Shown: positions 39,558 through 50,800 of the stretch, in pieces
How the letters are laid out: the number at the start of each line of letters is the position of its first letter
Numbering within the stretch: position 1 is the stretch's first letter
From: an uncultured Prevotella sp.
Lineage (GTDB): Bacteria; Bacteroidota; Bacteroidia; Bacteroidales; Bacteroidaceae
Assembly: GCA_900548585.1 (NCBI GenBank)
Contig: URLI01000001.1
Span: 24,529 to 88,528 of the forward strand
Direction: 5' to 3'
DNA length: 64,000 nt
Notes under the pieces: model-generated
Databases searched by the model: none
Seen by the model: only the letters and a program-made list of their open reading frames with translations
Told to the model about the DNA's origin: nothing
Position numbers and translations under genes: made by a program

Positions 39558-42083
39558 CTATTTCTTTATTATGTTCGCCAGCGTGGCTATGACCGTGGCA
39601 AGCGATGCCACGCCCGACGTTATCGACAGAGTCTGTGCGATGGAGCGTGGGTCGCGCTGTGCCTTGCTCGGCACGAAAATCTCGCATCCCGGCTCCGGCC
39701 TTGCATTGTGTGCCACGCGGGCCACCTTGCCGTTCATGTATATAATAAAGGTGTGGCTCTTCTTTGCGCGGTTGCCCCAGCCGCCGGCCTGGTCGATGTA
39801 GTATCCGGCCTTCTTTCCCTTCTGGTAGCCCACGGTGTTGGGGTACATCACGTCTCCGCTCACTTTCACCGTGCTGGTGTACTGCGGGACGATGAGGCGG
39901 TCGCCCTCGCGCAGCACGATGTCCTCGTCGCATCCCGGCTCGGCAAGTGCCTTGTCGAGCTCTATGCCGACGTAATAAACGTCTCCGATGTCGATTTTCT
40001 TGACGTTGATGGTGTCCTTGTCGTTTATGTCAGACTTTGCCATATTGAGCAATGTTTCGGTGCGCAAGCGTTCCTCCGGCGTGAAGCGCCGCTCGAGACG
40101 CGCCCCCTTGGTGTATGCCCGGTCGTTCACCCCGCCTGCAGACTTTATCACGTCGCTCAGTTTCTGGTTCTTTCTCTCCAGCGTGTAGGTGCCTCCGAAC
40201 ATCACCTCGCCCTCCACGACAACGTTCTGCTGCTTGTAGAAGCCAGGGCTCTTGCGGACATACACCTCGTCGAACGGCATTAGCGTGAAGCCCGGCTCGC
40301 CGTCTATCACAAAGCCGTCCTTCAGTGCGAAAGTGTATGTGTGCGCTATTATGGAATCGGTTGCCAGCGCCTTGGGGTTGGAGATGCGGCGTGCCACGTC
40401 CACCTTTACCGTCGATGCGGTCTGCTTCAGTCCGCCGGCCTGCAGCACGAAGTCCTCGAGCGTCTCGTTCTCGGCATACTTATACACGCCAGGGTATTGC
40501 ACCTCGCCGTGTATGGTTAGCGTCTGCTCCTCCATCATCTCCTGCTTTGTCGGTACGAACAGCACGTCGTTGGGCTTCAGCGCGATGTCCGGGACACGCC
40601 CGGCGATTATCCCGTCTATATCCACCGGTATCACCTGCAGCGTCCGGTCTTCCTTCATGCGGTGCATGACGGCGTGTGCGGTGAATGCCTCCTCGGTCGT
40701 TCCCTCACAACTCTCCAAAAGCTCGCGGATCGTTGTGATGTTGCCTCCCACCTGGTACATGCCGGGACGGAACACCGCTCCCTTAACCTCCGCCATGTTT
40801 GAGAAGCGCGGTATTACGGAATCCACGCTTATGGAGTCTTCGTCGGCGAGATGGAACGAGCTCATGTCGAACTCGTCAACGTTGTACACCGAGTATTCCC
40901 GTCCTGTCTTGCGCACCAGCCGCACTGACTTGGTGTAGGCGTCGCCCGTGAATCCCCCGGCATATTTCAGCAGCGTGCCGACGCTCTCGTTGCGCCGCAT
41001 CTCGTAGAACATCGGGCGTTTCACCTTTCCCGTCACGTTGACGAGGCAGTCGTAAGGCCCTACGACAATCACGTCGTTCTCGGCAAGACGCACGTTGCCT
41101 GTAAGCTTGCCGTTCAGTATATAGTCGTATATGTCGACTGTGGAGACGAGCCTGTTGTTGCGGAACACCTTTATGTTTCGCAGCGTTCCCAAATCGTTGA
41201 TGCCGCCTGCCATGTACAGCGCGTGGAAAACGGTCGCGAAGGCGGAGAGCGTGTAAGTCCCCGGCGCCTTCACCTCGCCCATCACGTTGACCATTATCGT
41301 GCGCGTCTGCCCGACCGTCAGGCGTATCTGGCTGCTGCTGTATCGGGCGCCGAGCGTGGAGCGCAGCTTGGCGTTGGCCTGCGAGACGGTCATTCCCGAC
41401 ACCTGTACGGGGCCGAAGCCCTCTATTGTCACCGTTCCGTCTGGGCTGACTGTGCTCTCTATCGTGCGCTGCGACGCTCCGTAGATGTCGATGAACACGG
41501 CGTCGCCCGGGCCGAGACGGTAGTTCTGCGGCGTGGCGATGTTCATGGCAGGCTCGAAGGTGAGATTCTTGTTGTTGAAGATGTCGCGCCCGAAGACCTT
41601 CCGCTTGCCCTCTTCCTCGTACAATATCTCGAGCGAATCGGGCAGCATCATTCCCAAGTGGTCGTTTATCGCTACGAAGTCCTCGTCAGCCTCGTCGTAT
41701 GTGTGCCGCGCCTCACGGGTGCTCTGCAGCCTCTGCGACGAGTTCTTCTGTGCCAAGGCGCGCTGGTCTTTCATGTCCTTCGCATCCTGCTCTTCCTTGT
41801 TCCTGTTGTTGCTGCGCAGCCGCGACTGTGCCGACTTGGTATCCTCCACCGTTCCTAACCCCTGCTTGTTCTTCATGCGGTCGTAAGTGTTCTTCACCCG
41901 CCGTATCTGGTTGATGTCCACGCCGCGCTGCATAAGTTTCGTCACGATCTGCGTCTGGGACGTGCCTCGCTCATATTCCTTTACGACGAACTGCATCACC
42001 TGCTCGTCCGTCATGCCCGACTGGGCAAATGTTCCAAGCGAACAGAAGCCCAGCATGAATGCAATTATAAGTATCTTTCTCAT
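39558..42083 (-). CDS. Polysaccharide export protein with SLBB repeats (Wza/KpsD-like)
   Basis: YRLGPGD and repeated GEVxxPGxY motifs; signal peptide. Confidence 0.88.
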   Translation of the reverse strand: MRKILIIAFMLGFCSLGTFAQSGMTDEQVMQFVVKEYERGTSQTQIVTKLMQRGVDINQIRRVKNTYDRMKNKQGLGTVEDTKSAQSRLRSNNRNKEEQDAKDMKDQRALAQKNSSQRLQSTREARHTYDEADEDFVAINDHLGMMLPDSLEILYEEEGKRKVFGRDIFNNKNLTFEPAMNIATPQNYRLGPGDAVFIDIYGASQRTIESTVSPDGTVTIEGFGPVQVSGMTVSQANAKLRSTLGARYSSSQIRLTVGQTRTIMVNVMGEVKAPGTYTLSAFATVFHALYMAGGINDLGTLRNIKVFRNNRLVSTVDIYDYILNGKLTGNVRLAENDVIVVGPYDCLVNVTGKVKRPMFYEMRRNESVGTLLKYAGGFTGDAYTKSVRLVRKTGREYSVYNVDEFDMSSFHLADEDSISVDSVIPRFSNMAEVKGAVFRPGMYQVGGNITTIRELLESCEGTTEEAFTAHAVMHRMKEDRTLQVIPVDIDGIIAGRVPDIALKPNDVLFVPTKQEMMEEQTLTIHGEVQYPGVYKYAENETLEDFVLQAGGLKQTASTVKVDVARRISNPKALATDSIIAHTYTFALKDGFVIDGEPGFTLMPFDEVYVRKSPGFYKQQNVVVEGEVMFGGTYTLERKNQKLSDVIKSAGGVNDRAYTKGARLERRFTPEERLRTETLLNMAKSDINDKDTINVKKIDIGDVYYVGIELDKALAEPGCDEDIVLREGDRLIVPQYTSTVKVSGDVMYPNTVGYQKGKKAGYYIDQAGGWGNRAKKSHTFIIYMNGKVARVAHNARPEPGCEIFVPSKAQRDPRSIAQTLSITSGVASLATVIATLANIIKK

Positions 42084-42147
42084 ATTGTTGAAATAACATC
42101 ATGGGCCGACAGCCGCGCCTACATGCCACGGCAGGCCAGCCACGCAG

Positions 42148-42795
42148 TCAGATTTTCTTGCCACACACAATGCCCAGGAACGTGTCAGTCATTATCTTCA
42201 GGTCGCCCCGGAGCGAGCGTGTTTCCAAATAGTGTATGTCCATTTCAAGACGTTTGAGCATCTTTTCGATGGTATCGGTGTAACCGTTGTGGAGCGTTGC
42301 CTCGGACGTAAGCCCCGGACGCATCTTGTAGATGAGCGTGTAGCGGCTGTCGCGCTCCATTATCTTGTCTATGAAGAACTTCCTCTCGGGGCGCGGGCCA
42401 ACGATAGACATGTCCCCACGCAGCACGTTCCACAGCTGCGGCAACTCGTCGAGGTGGTGCAGCCGCAGGAAACGCTCAAGACCGGTCGAGGCCATGCCCT
42501 CCACACACGCCACGAGCTGCGGGCCGTCCTTCTCGCAGTCCTTGCTCATCGTGCGGAACTTGTAGATCGTGAACGGCCTGCCGCCCTTGCCTATCCGTTC
42601 CTGGCGGAATATCGCCGGCCCGTTGCCCTGCAGCCACAGCAGTATGGCAAACACCAGCATGACCGGCCAAAGCAGCAGCAGAGCCAAGGCAGACCCAATG
42701 ATGTCGAAAAGCCTTTTAAAGGCTCTCTGCGTTTTGTTCATGGCATCGTGGCTGTCCCGCAAACTGATTTCCGATTGTTCCATCTGGTTCCGCAA
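42148..42795 (-). CDS. Sugar-phosphate transferase (initiating phosphoglycosyl transferase family)
   Basis: KRLFD, KFRTM and [22 protein letters not shown] motifs; exact start uncertain. Confidence 0.9.
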   Translation of the reverse strand: MRNQMEQSEISLRDSHDAMNKTQRAFKRLFDIIGSALALLLLWPVMLVFAILLWLQGNGPAIFRQERIGKGGRPFTIYKFRTMSKDCEKDGPQLVACVEGMASTGLERFLRLHHLDELPQLWNVLRGDMSIVGPRPERKFFIDKIMERDSRYTLIYKMRPGLTSEATLHNGYTDTIEKMLKRLEMDIHYLETRSLRGDLKIMTDTFLGIVCGKKI

Positions 42796-42961
42796 CCTTT
42801 TTTATATATTAATAACACGTTTTTTTCAGAAATGTTGCAAAGTTACACATAATTTTTGTGATACGGCATGCAAAGGGACACAAAACAACACGCCAAATGA
42901 AAATTATTCAGTAAACTATTGCAAATTCCAGAATTATTCGTACCTTTGCAGCACATAACAT

Positions 42962-43360
42962 GGGCTTGTATGGATTTGACGGCAAGACGAAATGGTATGC
43001 AAGCATGCGGAGGCTCGGCGGCTACCTCCTAAATCTGAGTGGTCAAAGAATTAATTGGCGAAAATAATTACGCTCTCGCTGCCTAATCGAAGCATAGTAG
43101 GTTACTGGCTTTATTGCGTCACAAGGTGATGCGACGAGACATCGCTCCAAGGATGTTGTTCCGAATCTGAGGGTCAAGCGGTGCAGGTAAATCGGAAATA
43201 GTCTGTGTATGCCTCAATGCACAGATGAAAATCAGAGGATAAGGCATTGGTTGGTGGTTCAGGTCTTGCCAATGCTCGAAAATCCAAGACTGAAATAAGC
43301 ATGTAGAAAGCGTATGGTTTCCTTGTGCGGACCGGAGTTCGACTCTCCGCAAGTCCACCA
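42962..43360 (+). ncRNA. ssrA: tmRNA
   Basis: 5' GGGCTTG pairs with 3' CAAGTCC-ACCA including a G3:U pair; T-arm GGAGTTCGACTCTCC; tag GENNYALAA* at 43057-43086; TACCTTTG box at 42941. Confidence 0.96.
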
Positions 43361-43363
43361 AAT

Positions 43364-43404
43364 GAGGGGGCTGCAGGTTGTCAATAGCGACCTGCAGCCC
43401 TCTC
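43364..43404 (+). terminator. Hairpin after ssrA
   Basis: GGGCTGCAGGT...ACCTGCAGCCC stem. Confidence 0.7.
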
Positions 43405-43600
43405 TTGTATATGTTGTTGATTTGTGTGATTGTGTGACAAAAGAAGTGTTGCAATGTCCCCGCTTGGTTTCAATGACAGTATGCGGGGACTCACAGGGCG
43501 CAATTCCCTGTAAATCAGCAGAGGACAAGGGGCTGCGCCGTAATAAGCGCAGCCCCTTGTCTCTAAATATCACCTGCCACGGCAGGCAGTTCCGTGAACA

Positions 43601-44674
43601 TCATTTCATCAAATCCTCGGCAATGACAACCACTGGCTTGATGAGATCCTTCGGCTTGTCCTTCATAAGCATGAGAGCCTCCTCCATGTGCTCGAATCCG
43701 TTGAACCGGTGCGTCAGGAGGCGTGACAGGTCGAGGCGGCCTGCGGAAACCAGCCTTGCGAGTTTCTCCATGCGGAGGCGCCCGCCGGGCATCAGCCCGC
43801 CCTTGATGGCCTTGTGGCCCATGCCGACGCCCCACTCCACGCGCGGTATCCTCACGAACTCGCCGCGCCCGAGATAGTTAACGTTGCCTATCGTTCCGCC
43901 GGGTCTGAGGGCAGCAACTGCTTCGGCAAAAGTGTCAACGGTGCCTCCGGCAATGACAACGCGGTCAACGCCACGCCCGTTGGTGAGTTTCATAACCTGC
44001 TCGGCAATCGGGCCGTTGTGGTAGTCGATTATCTCCGACGCCCCGTATGCCCTTGCCGCATCCGTGCATACCGGGCGGCTGCCAACTGCATATATGTAAG
44101 ACGCTCCGGAGAGAGCCGCGCCGGCAACAGACATGAGTCCCACCGGGCCGATGCCGATGACGAGCACGGTGTCGCCGAACTGCACCCCGGCAAGCTCTAC
44201 GCCGTGGAAACCAGTCGGCACCATGTCAGACAGCATCGTGGCCTCCACAGGGTCGATGCCCTCCGGTATAAGAGCGAGGTTGCCGTCCGCGTCGTTCACA
44301 TGGAAATATTCTGCGAATACTCCGTCCTTGAAGTTCGAGAATTTCCAGCCAGCCAACATTCCCCCGGAGTGCATGGAATATCCCGCCTGCGCCTCGAGCG
44401 AGTTCCAGTCTGGCGTGATGGCGGGCACCAGCACCCTGTCACCTGGTTTGAAATCCTTCACCATCTTGCCCACCTCGACAATCTCACCGGTTGCCTCGTG
44501 ACCGAGAATCATGTCCTTGCGGTCTCCGATAGCACCTTCCCACACGGTGTGGACGTCTGACGTACATGGCGCCACGGCGATAGGTTTGACAATTGCATCC
44601 ATTGGTCCACATGATGGTCTCTCCTTTTCGATCCATCCGGCCTTGTTTAGCCCAAGCATTGCAAAAGCTTTCAT
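43601..44674 (-). CDS. Zn-dependent, NADP-preferring secondary alcohol dehydrogenase
   Basis: PCTSDVH, GHE and LSDM Zn ligands; GIGPVG; GSR motif; start MKAFAMLG. Confidence 0.9.
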   Translation of the reverse strand: MKAFAMLGLNKAGWIEKERPSCGPMDAIVKPIAVAPCTSDVHTVWEGAIGDRKDMILGHEATGEIVEVGKMVKDFKPGDRVLVPAITPDWNSLEAQAGYSMHSGGMLAGWKFSNFKDGVFAEYFHVNDADGNLALIPEGIDPVEATMLSDMVPTGFHGVELAGVQFGDTVLVIGIGPVGLMSVAGAALSGASYIYAVGSRPVCTDAARAYGASEIIDYHNGPIAEQVMKLTNGRGVDRVVIAGGTVDTFAEAVAALRPGGTIGNVNYLGRGEFVRIPRVEWGVGMGHKAIKGGLMPGGRLRMEKLARLVSAGRLDLSRLLTHRFNGFEHMEEALMLMKDKPKDLIKPVVVIAEDLMK

Positions 44675-44900
44675 AATTAAATTTTTTAAGTTGATAGAAA
44701 TTAAATTATTGTAAATCACAAAAACATGGCCTGTTCCCTGAAACGGGGTGAGACACATGATTGTTGTGACGCGCCAAAGTTATAAAACAATATTCTGACT
44801 TGCAAGTCCCAGCAAGTTTTTTTCACTCACGAAAAGAGTTAAAATATACAAATCGGCAATCGCCCGTATTCCAATGACTGGTTGGTGTTTAACAATAGTG

Positions 44901-45005
44901 CAAATTCGCCGTGTTTGGAGAGCAAATTCGCCGTGTTTGGAGAGCAAATTCGCCGTGTTTGAAGAGCAAATTCGCCGTGTTTGGAGAGTAAATTCGCCGT
45001 GTTTG
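44901..45005. repeat. 22-bp-period array D (5 units, CAAATTCGCCGTGTTTG)
   Basis: Cores at 44901, 44923, 44945, 44967 and 44989. Confidence 0.95.
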
Positions 45006-45082
45006 CCTCACTGTTTGTGGTAAGCCGCAATACGTTTCCTTGTCAGGCAGCGGCAAAAGGCATAGGTCCGGCATTTATGGAA

Positions 45083-45128
45083 GAGATGCCTCCCGGAAGC
45101 ATTGTGTCATACTTCCGGGAAGCATCTC
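45083..45128 (-). terminator. Hairpin downstream of the C10 peptidase gene
   Basis: GAGATGCCTCCCGGAAG...CTTCCGGGAAGCATCTC. Confidence 0.65.
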
Positions 45129-45180
45129 AAAAAAGCAGGTATGTATCCTGTGATGTCTCGTCACGCGGACAAGCCACGGT

Positions 45181-47754
45181 TTATTTCACGACCAGTTTCC
45201 TTCCGCTGATGATATACGTTCCCGCAGGAAGTCCGGAGAGCGACGTTGCTGAGCGGCGCACGAGTTGTCCCTGCAAATTGTATATGTCCTGTGGTTTGGA
45301 TTCGCTGACCATTATGGTGTCAATGGCATTGACAACGCCGCTGATGGTAAGTTTCCCGGAAACATAGTCGAACTTGTAGTTCTGTGCATCGCCGCCACTG
45401 ATGGTGAGGACATACTCTCCCTCCGGGCTGTCAATTGTGGCATTGCTTGTCACTGTTGGCATTGTCGTTATCACGCTCTCGTCCTCCCCGTTGACAAATC
45501 CTTCGAAATGCAGCACGAACTGCGGGTCTTCCTCATACTGCTTGCGTGTGGCATCCTCGACGGTGACTGTGAGCGTCGCCTTGTTTACGAAGAGGATACC
45601 GTCCTCGTAAGTGACGTCGGGGGCGTTGATCGTACCTGGCTTTGCGTATATCGGGTAAGTTCCCACGGGCGATGTCTCTGTCGCATCGGTGTAAATCTCA
45701 GGCTTGCCCGTCACATAGTCACCAAGAAGTTGGTATGAATAGTTTGTCGGGTTCGGCTCTCCGTATTTGCGTGCGACGTTGCCCGGCTTTATTGTAGTGC
45801 CGTATTCCTTCACGTTAACGAATTTCTTCCATCCGTATGCCCGTCCGTAAATTCCTTTCGTCCCCGCAGGAATGAAAAGCTTGCATGTGCTAACGCTTAT
45901 CCCGTCGAAGGCGCCTGCTCCTGCGGTTGGCACGTTTCGTCCCTCCGAGCGCAGTTTCGTCAGCGAGATGCAATTGCGCATTGCCTCGCGTCCGAGACTC
46001 TCCACCGATGACGGCACCGTGACGCTCGATAGCCTTGCGCATCCGGCGAGTGCATAGTCGTGGACGGTCTTCACCGTGGTGGGTATGACATACTCACCGG
46101 CTGCCGTCGGTGTGACTGCGATGAGTTCTGCCATGTCGTTTGAGTATATGGCGTCGCCATCGACAACATACTCCTGTCCTTCGCTCGTCTCCGCAAGCGA
46201 TATGTCCTTCAGCCCGTTGAGCATTGCCAATGCACCGTCGCCGATTTTCTTTATTGTCTTGGGCAATTTCAGCGTGCGCAGCTTGCTTGCCATGTAGAAC
46301 GCCTTGTAGGGCAGTTCGTCGTCTGCCGTGGTGTAGCTGTTCCCGCTCTCGACGAGATACGGCATTCCGCCTTCCACGATTCGCGCGTCCGACAGGTCGA
46401 GCAAGTAGAGTTTGCCCTTTGTCTTATTGCCTTCGACATCGACTCCTGCCATCTCGCGCAGCACTTTCAGGTCGCTGCTGTTGATGTCGCCCGTGATCTT
46501 CAGTTCTCCCGTGAGCAACCTGTCCGGCGGTGCTATCAACGACGATACCATACCGGCATGTTCAACGGTGAGGTCCTTTTTCTGCAAGTCGACAGGCGTT
46601 CCGCCCTCGATGCCGATGATCATGTCCTGCTGGTACTTCCACTCGTAACCCTCGACATTTAGCAGCGACACATCATAGTATCCGTTGTCCTGGCCGTCCC
46701 AGCCCCAGTTGACGCTCACCTTTCCCGTCTCGTCATATCCATCGAACACGAACTCGTGTCCAACCATTTGATATCCATAATACGATCCTCCGGCATACAT
46801 CATCGGGCGGTCGTTGCTGAGTTCGTTGAAAATCATCTCCATCCACTCCGTCTCGGTTTTCCCACTTGAGTCGCGGTCGTAGCAAACGGCTGTCTCGATG
46901 CCGAAATTGCGGCGCAGTCCCTCGGCAGCGTTTTGGGAATATGCCCCGGAGCCCTCTATGCCATATTCCATGTCTGACGCCACGCCGCAGTGATAACTCA
47001 GCAGTGCGGCAGCCTTGGCCTCCTCCTCGGTGTATTCACCTTCGACATACACATCAAGCATGTTGTCATAGTCGTATGTAGCCTCATCAAAATTAACGGT
47101 GAAGGTCTTTTTTCCGCCACCAGACTGTTTCACTTCAACCGAGTGTGTTCCACCTGTGCCGTTCACCGGGTATCTGTTGTGAGCCAGCACCTGTGCCATT
47201 GCCGTTGCCACACAGCCCACGACGCAGCGGTCGGAGTTGTTGCCATAGTCGTGCCCGTCGCTTGGGCCACCGGAGACACCGGGCGGACAATAGTTGTTGT
47301 AGGGCGCCGCCTGTCCCCATTTGGTGGTACACATCGGCGCTACAGAAGTCTTGAACTTGTTCGGGTCCGGCTTCACCAGTTTCCTTGGCTTGCCATTTGC
47401 CACGATGGCCTTGCCGGCCGCATCCATTGCCTCGAGCCACCACTTCAGGCCTTCGTTCTTCGTGTTCGTGTCGAACTTCGTGTCGCTGTAGCCAAGCACT
47501 TCCGGCATAAGGTCGTCGGTTGACACGACGGCGAACCCGCCATCCTTGTAGCCCATCACTGCTATCGCCTCCTGGCGTTTCAGTTCCATCACTTCTCCCG
47601 TGCGCGGCGCGCGGTGCGTTCTCACGAGGTGGGCATTTATTGCCTGCTTCGCGATTGATTTCATCTCCATCTTTGTCCTCGGCTTCGCCGATGCGGAAAT
47701 TGCGCAGAGCAAGACGAGGGCAAGAAACAATGCTGACTTCTTGATGATTAACAT
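45181..47754 (-). CDS. C10 family cysteine peptidase with BspA-type LRRs and MBG-like domains, likely T9SS cargo
   Basis: WGQ, VGCVATAMAQ (Cys), GHEFVFDG (His), VNWGW; TIKKIGDGAL-type repeats; C-terminal IYNLQGQLV...GTYIISGRKLVVK. Confidence 0.88.
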   Translation of the reverse strand: MLIIKKSALFLALVLLCAISASAKPRTKMEMKSIAKQAINAHLVRTHRAPRTGEVMELKRQEAIAVMGYKDGGFAVVSTDDLMPEVLGYSDTKFDTNTKNEGLKWWLEAMDAAGKAIVANGKPRKLVKPDPNKFKTSVAPMCTTKWGQAAPYNNYCPPGVSGGPSDGHDYGNNSDRCVVGCVATAMAQVLAHNRYPVNGTGGTHSVEVKQSGGGKKTFTVNFDEATYDYDNMLDVYVEGEYTEEEAKAAALLSYHCGVASDMEYGIEGSGAYSQNAAEGLRRNFGIETAVCYDRDSSGKTETEWMEMIFNELSNDRPMMYAGGSYYGYQMVGHEFVFDGYDETGKVSVNWGWDGQDNGYYDVSLLNVEGYEWKYQQDMIIGIEGGTPVDLQKKDLTVEHAGMVSSLIAPPDRLLTGELKITGDINSSDLKVLREMAGVDVEGNKTKGKLYLLDLSDARIVEGGMPYLVESGNSYTTADDELPYKAFYMASKLRTLKLPKTIKKIGDGALAMLNGLKDISLAETSEGQEYVVDGDAIYSNDMAELIAVTPTAAGEYVIPTTVKTVHDYALAGCARLSSVTVPSSVESLGREAMRNCISLTKLRSEGRNVPTAGAGAFDGISVSTCKLFIPAGTKGIYGRAYGWKKFVNVKEYGTTIKPGNVARKYGEPNPTNYSYQLLGDYVTGKPEIYTDATETSPVGTYPIYAKPGTINAPDVTYEDGILFVNKATLTVTVEDATRKQYEEDPQFVLHFEGFVNGEDESVITTMPTVTSNATIDSPEGEYVLTISGGDAQNYKFDYVSGKLTISGVVNAIDTIMVSESKPQDIYNLQGQLVRRSATSLSGLPAGTYIISGRKLVVK

Positions 47755-47835
47755 GATAAATTGTACTCCATTAATTGATAATTTGTAAGACTTAAGTGTC
47801 CGCAAAGATAACAAATATCTGCGAAATAAAAAAAC

Positions 47836-47872
47836 AAAAACCGCCGTTTTGTTTCCAAAACGGCGGTTTTTT
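47836..47872. terminator. Rho-independent terminator
   Basis: AAAAACCGCCGTTTTG...CAAAACGGCGGTTTTT. Confidence 0.8.
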
Positions 47873-47893
47873 AGTCATTTTTCTATATCTGCA

Positions 47894-50800
47894 TCACTTT
47901 ACGATTACCTTCTGACCGTTAATGATGTACAGTCCGTTCAGTCCTTCAAGACTTGTTGCCTGCTTGCGAACGAGTTTTCCATCGACCGTGTATATGTCAA
48001 CCGGCTTTCCGTCGGCAGACACACTGCTGATACCCACTGTCGTAAGTGTGATGATCACTGGCTTGGACTCAATGCCACCCTTGTAAACTGCTGTCACGGC
48101 GTAGGTGTGCTCACCGTTGCCAATGCCATTAAGCACAGCCTCGAGCGTTGCACCGTCTACAGAAGTGGTCAGTTCGCCGTCAACATATATGTTATAGCTT
48201 ACAACCTCGCTGCCTGCGGTATATGTGATGTCATCAACAAGGAAGATGAATGCATTGTCTGCACTGGAGATGTTGCGTATTGCGAAATACTTTGCACCCT
48301 CTGGAAGATCCACCGAGACATTCTCCCAAGGAGTTGAAGTCACATGATCCTGACCAATCTGGGTGAAGTCGGCAACCTCCTTGCCTGTCGATGAAGAGAG
48401 CACCTGGTATGTCTGCGGGTAAATATTCTGTCCGTCACCTGCATCATAGAAACCGGTATAGAAGTTTATGGTCTGTGCAGTTCCCGGGAGTTCCGGGCTG
48501 ACGAGCCAGTCATCATTTGCCACGAAATCGCCGGCACTACCGTCCTCCTTGATTGAGAACGAATATATTGATGCGAGTGCCTTTTCGCCGCTGTGAGGAG
48601 CCATGGTCGGGTTGGCATTTGTTATGTCAACAGTTCCGTCGCCTGTGAAATCACGCGGTGTCCATACTATGTATGCGAACTGATCCTGCTGGTGAGGATA
48701 GTATGTATTCTGGAAGAAGCCTCCGGTATATTGCCTGTCCTGGTCTATCATGGTCCAGTCGCCTACGTTGTCGTAAATCCACTTGTCGTATTTCTCGAAG
48801 TCCTCGGTAACCTCTGCGTTCAGGTTCTTCGGTGCCTCCCATGTGAGTTTCACACTGCCATCATTTTCCTCGCCCTGAAGGTTTTCAGGAGCAGATGCCG
48901 ATGAGTGTTTAAGGGTAACGACCGTCTCTGCCTCGTTGTTATCAGGATTGAGGTCGGTTTCTGTCAATACCTTTGCATTGAAAACAATGTCACCATCCTC
49001 GTCAAATATTGTGGTCGGGTAGTTGAAGACAATTTCCTTCTCCTTGAACGCATTCAGCGGTTCGGTGATTTCCTTGCTGTCAACCTTCTTATTCTTTGCA
49101 TAGAGCTCAACAGTGTATTTGTTGCAGTTGTTCTCTCCGTTGTTGATGACCTTCACGTTTACAGCGATGTTTTCGCCCGCCACCGCATTTGCCGGTGCGG
49201 AAATCTCAACTCCAAGGTCGTCAGAATAAAGATCGCGGACCATGATGTTGTCAAGTATCAAACTATCCTGAACAGATGCGAAGTCGCTTACGAAACGAAC
49301 AGATGCATACCTGCCACCTTTGAGGCTGGTGAGATCAATCTTGTTAAGCGTGTATGTGTCAGAGAGCGTAATGTCTTTAAGTTTTGTGAACTCGCCGCCA
49401 TTCTTGGATCCCCAAACAGAGAGGTTCGCACTTGCGCTCGGGGCCTTCGCGTCAAATATCAGATAAGGATTGTTGGCGCTGTTGATGTTGATTTTACCAC
49501 TTGAGAAGTAGCCTACTCCCGGATCCGCATATTGACTAAGCGCCAAAATCATTGCCGATCCGTCACCGTCTGAGGAGTTCGATGAAAGGAATACACTGGT
49601 TATTCCATTAACATACCAGTAATGAGTAAAGCTCTGCGTCGCGAAATTCTCAATAAGCGGCAACTCATCAGGCTTTCCTACCAAAATATTGGCATATTTC
49701 GTGTCATCGTTAACTCCGGCAACGGTCGATGTCTGCATTCCGAATGTCTTCATCCCCTGATCTCCCTCGTCCAATGCGAAAGGATAATCGAATGAAGTCT
49801 TGTCGACGAGAGATTCAATCTTTTGATCAAGAACCGGGAACGTCATTCCCCATATTGTCTCGAACTTGACAGTGTAGAGAATGTAACTAACCCTTGCAGG
49901 ATCCATGTAGTGACCATCCTTTCCTTCTGTCACCCTATCCCATGTTAATCCGACCTTGTCTTGCTTGTCAGCGCATGCGAAGTTCTCGACAGCCTTCGGC
50001 GTGTCAATGCCGATGTATGCCTTAATCTCCCCGCTTATCTTTCCTGCTTCTCCTGCTGCATCATACGCTACGGCGATATAAGTATGCTCACCGTCTGTGA
50101 TGCCCTGGTCATCCGTGAAAGTATTTTCTGCGCCCGGCGCAACATCGTTATACGTTTTAATGGTGTTTCCGTCACGCATAACTACAATCTTGGAGAGGTT
50201 TCCTGAAAGTGCGTCGCCCTTCAGGTTCTTGTCTGGAGCAGTGACTTTTACTGTTGCCTTCAGCAAGCCTCCGTCTGCCGGTGTCACCTCAACGGCCGGT
50301 GACGCAGGTGCGGTTTCAGGAAGCCCAGCCTCTACCTTTATGTTTTTGGCATACAGATAGAAGTTGTCCGGCTCAGATACGGCGTGAACTCCGAAAACGT
50401 AGTAACCATCGTCCGGGGCAGTGAATTCATTAGTTAAAGTGACAAACTCTTTTCCCTGAAATCCTGTCTCCGCGATAACCACAGTTCCGTTGCTGAGCGA
50501 TTCGGCAGTAACCTCGCCATCGAGTTTTGCCATCTTGACCTCCATGCGCTCTGGGTAAACATCACCAAACTGGCGTGCGTCAACGCTGAACACATAATTC
50601 TTGTCCTTGACAAGTTTGATGCCCGGTGTTACCATCCAGTCGTCGCCTTTGTTTGTTTTGTTGTACTTGTATCTTGCACAAGGTTCAGTGGAAAAGAATG
50701 ACCATGTGCTGGCATCATTGTTGGCGTCAATTATGGTAAGGTCGTTGAAAGCGTCCTCTGTCGCAATGGGGTTTATGTAAGGCAGCACGTCAACATTCTC

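Noticed and set aside
42796..42960. Invertible promoter or UpxY control of the polysaccharide locus
   Set aside because: No flanking inverted repeats, recombinase or NusG paralogue seen.
43119..43573. Minus-strand ORFs over ssrA
   Set aside because: Antisense shadows of tmRNA and its terminators.
43340..45100. Intact element integrated at the ssrA 3' end
   Set aside because: No integrase and no duplicated ssrA 3' end found by eye.
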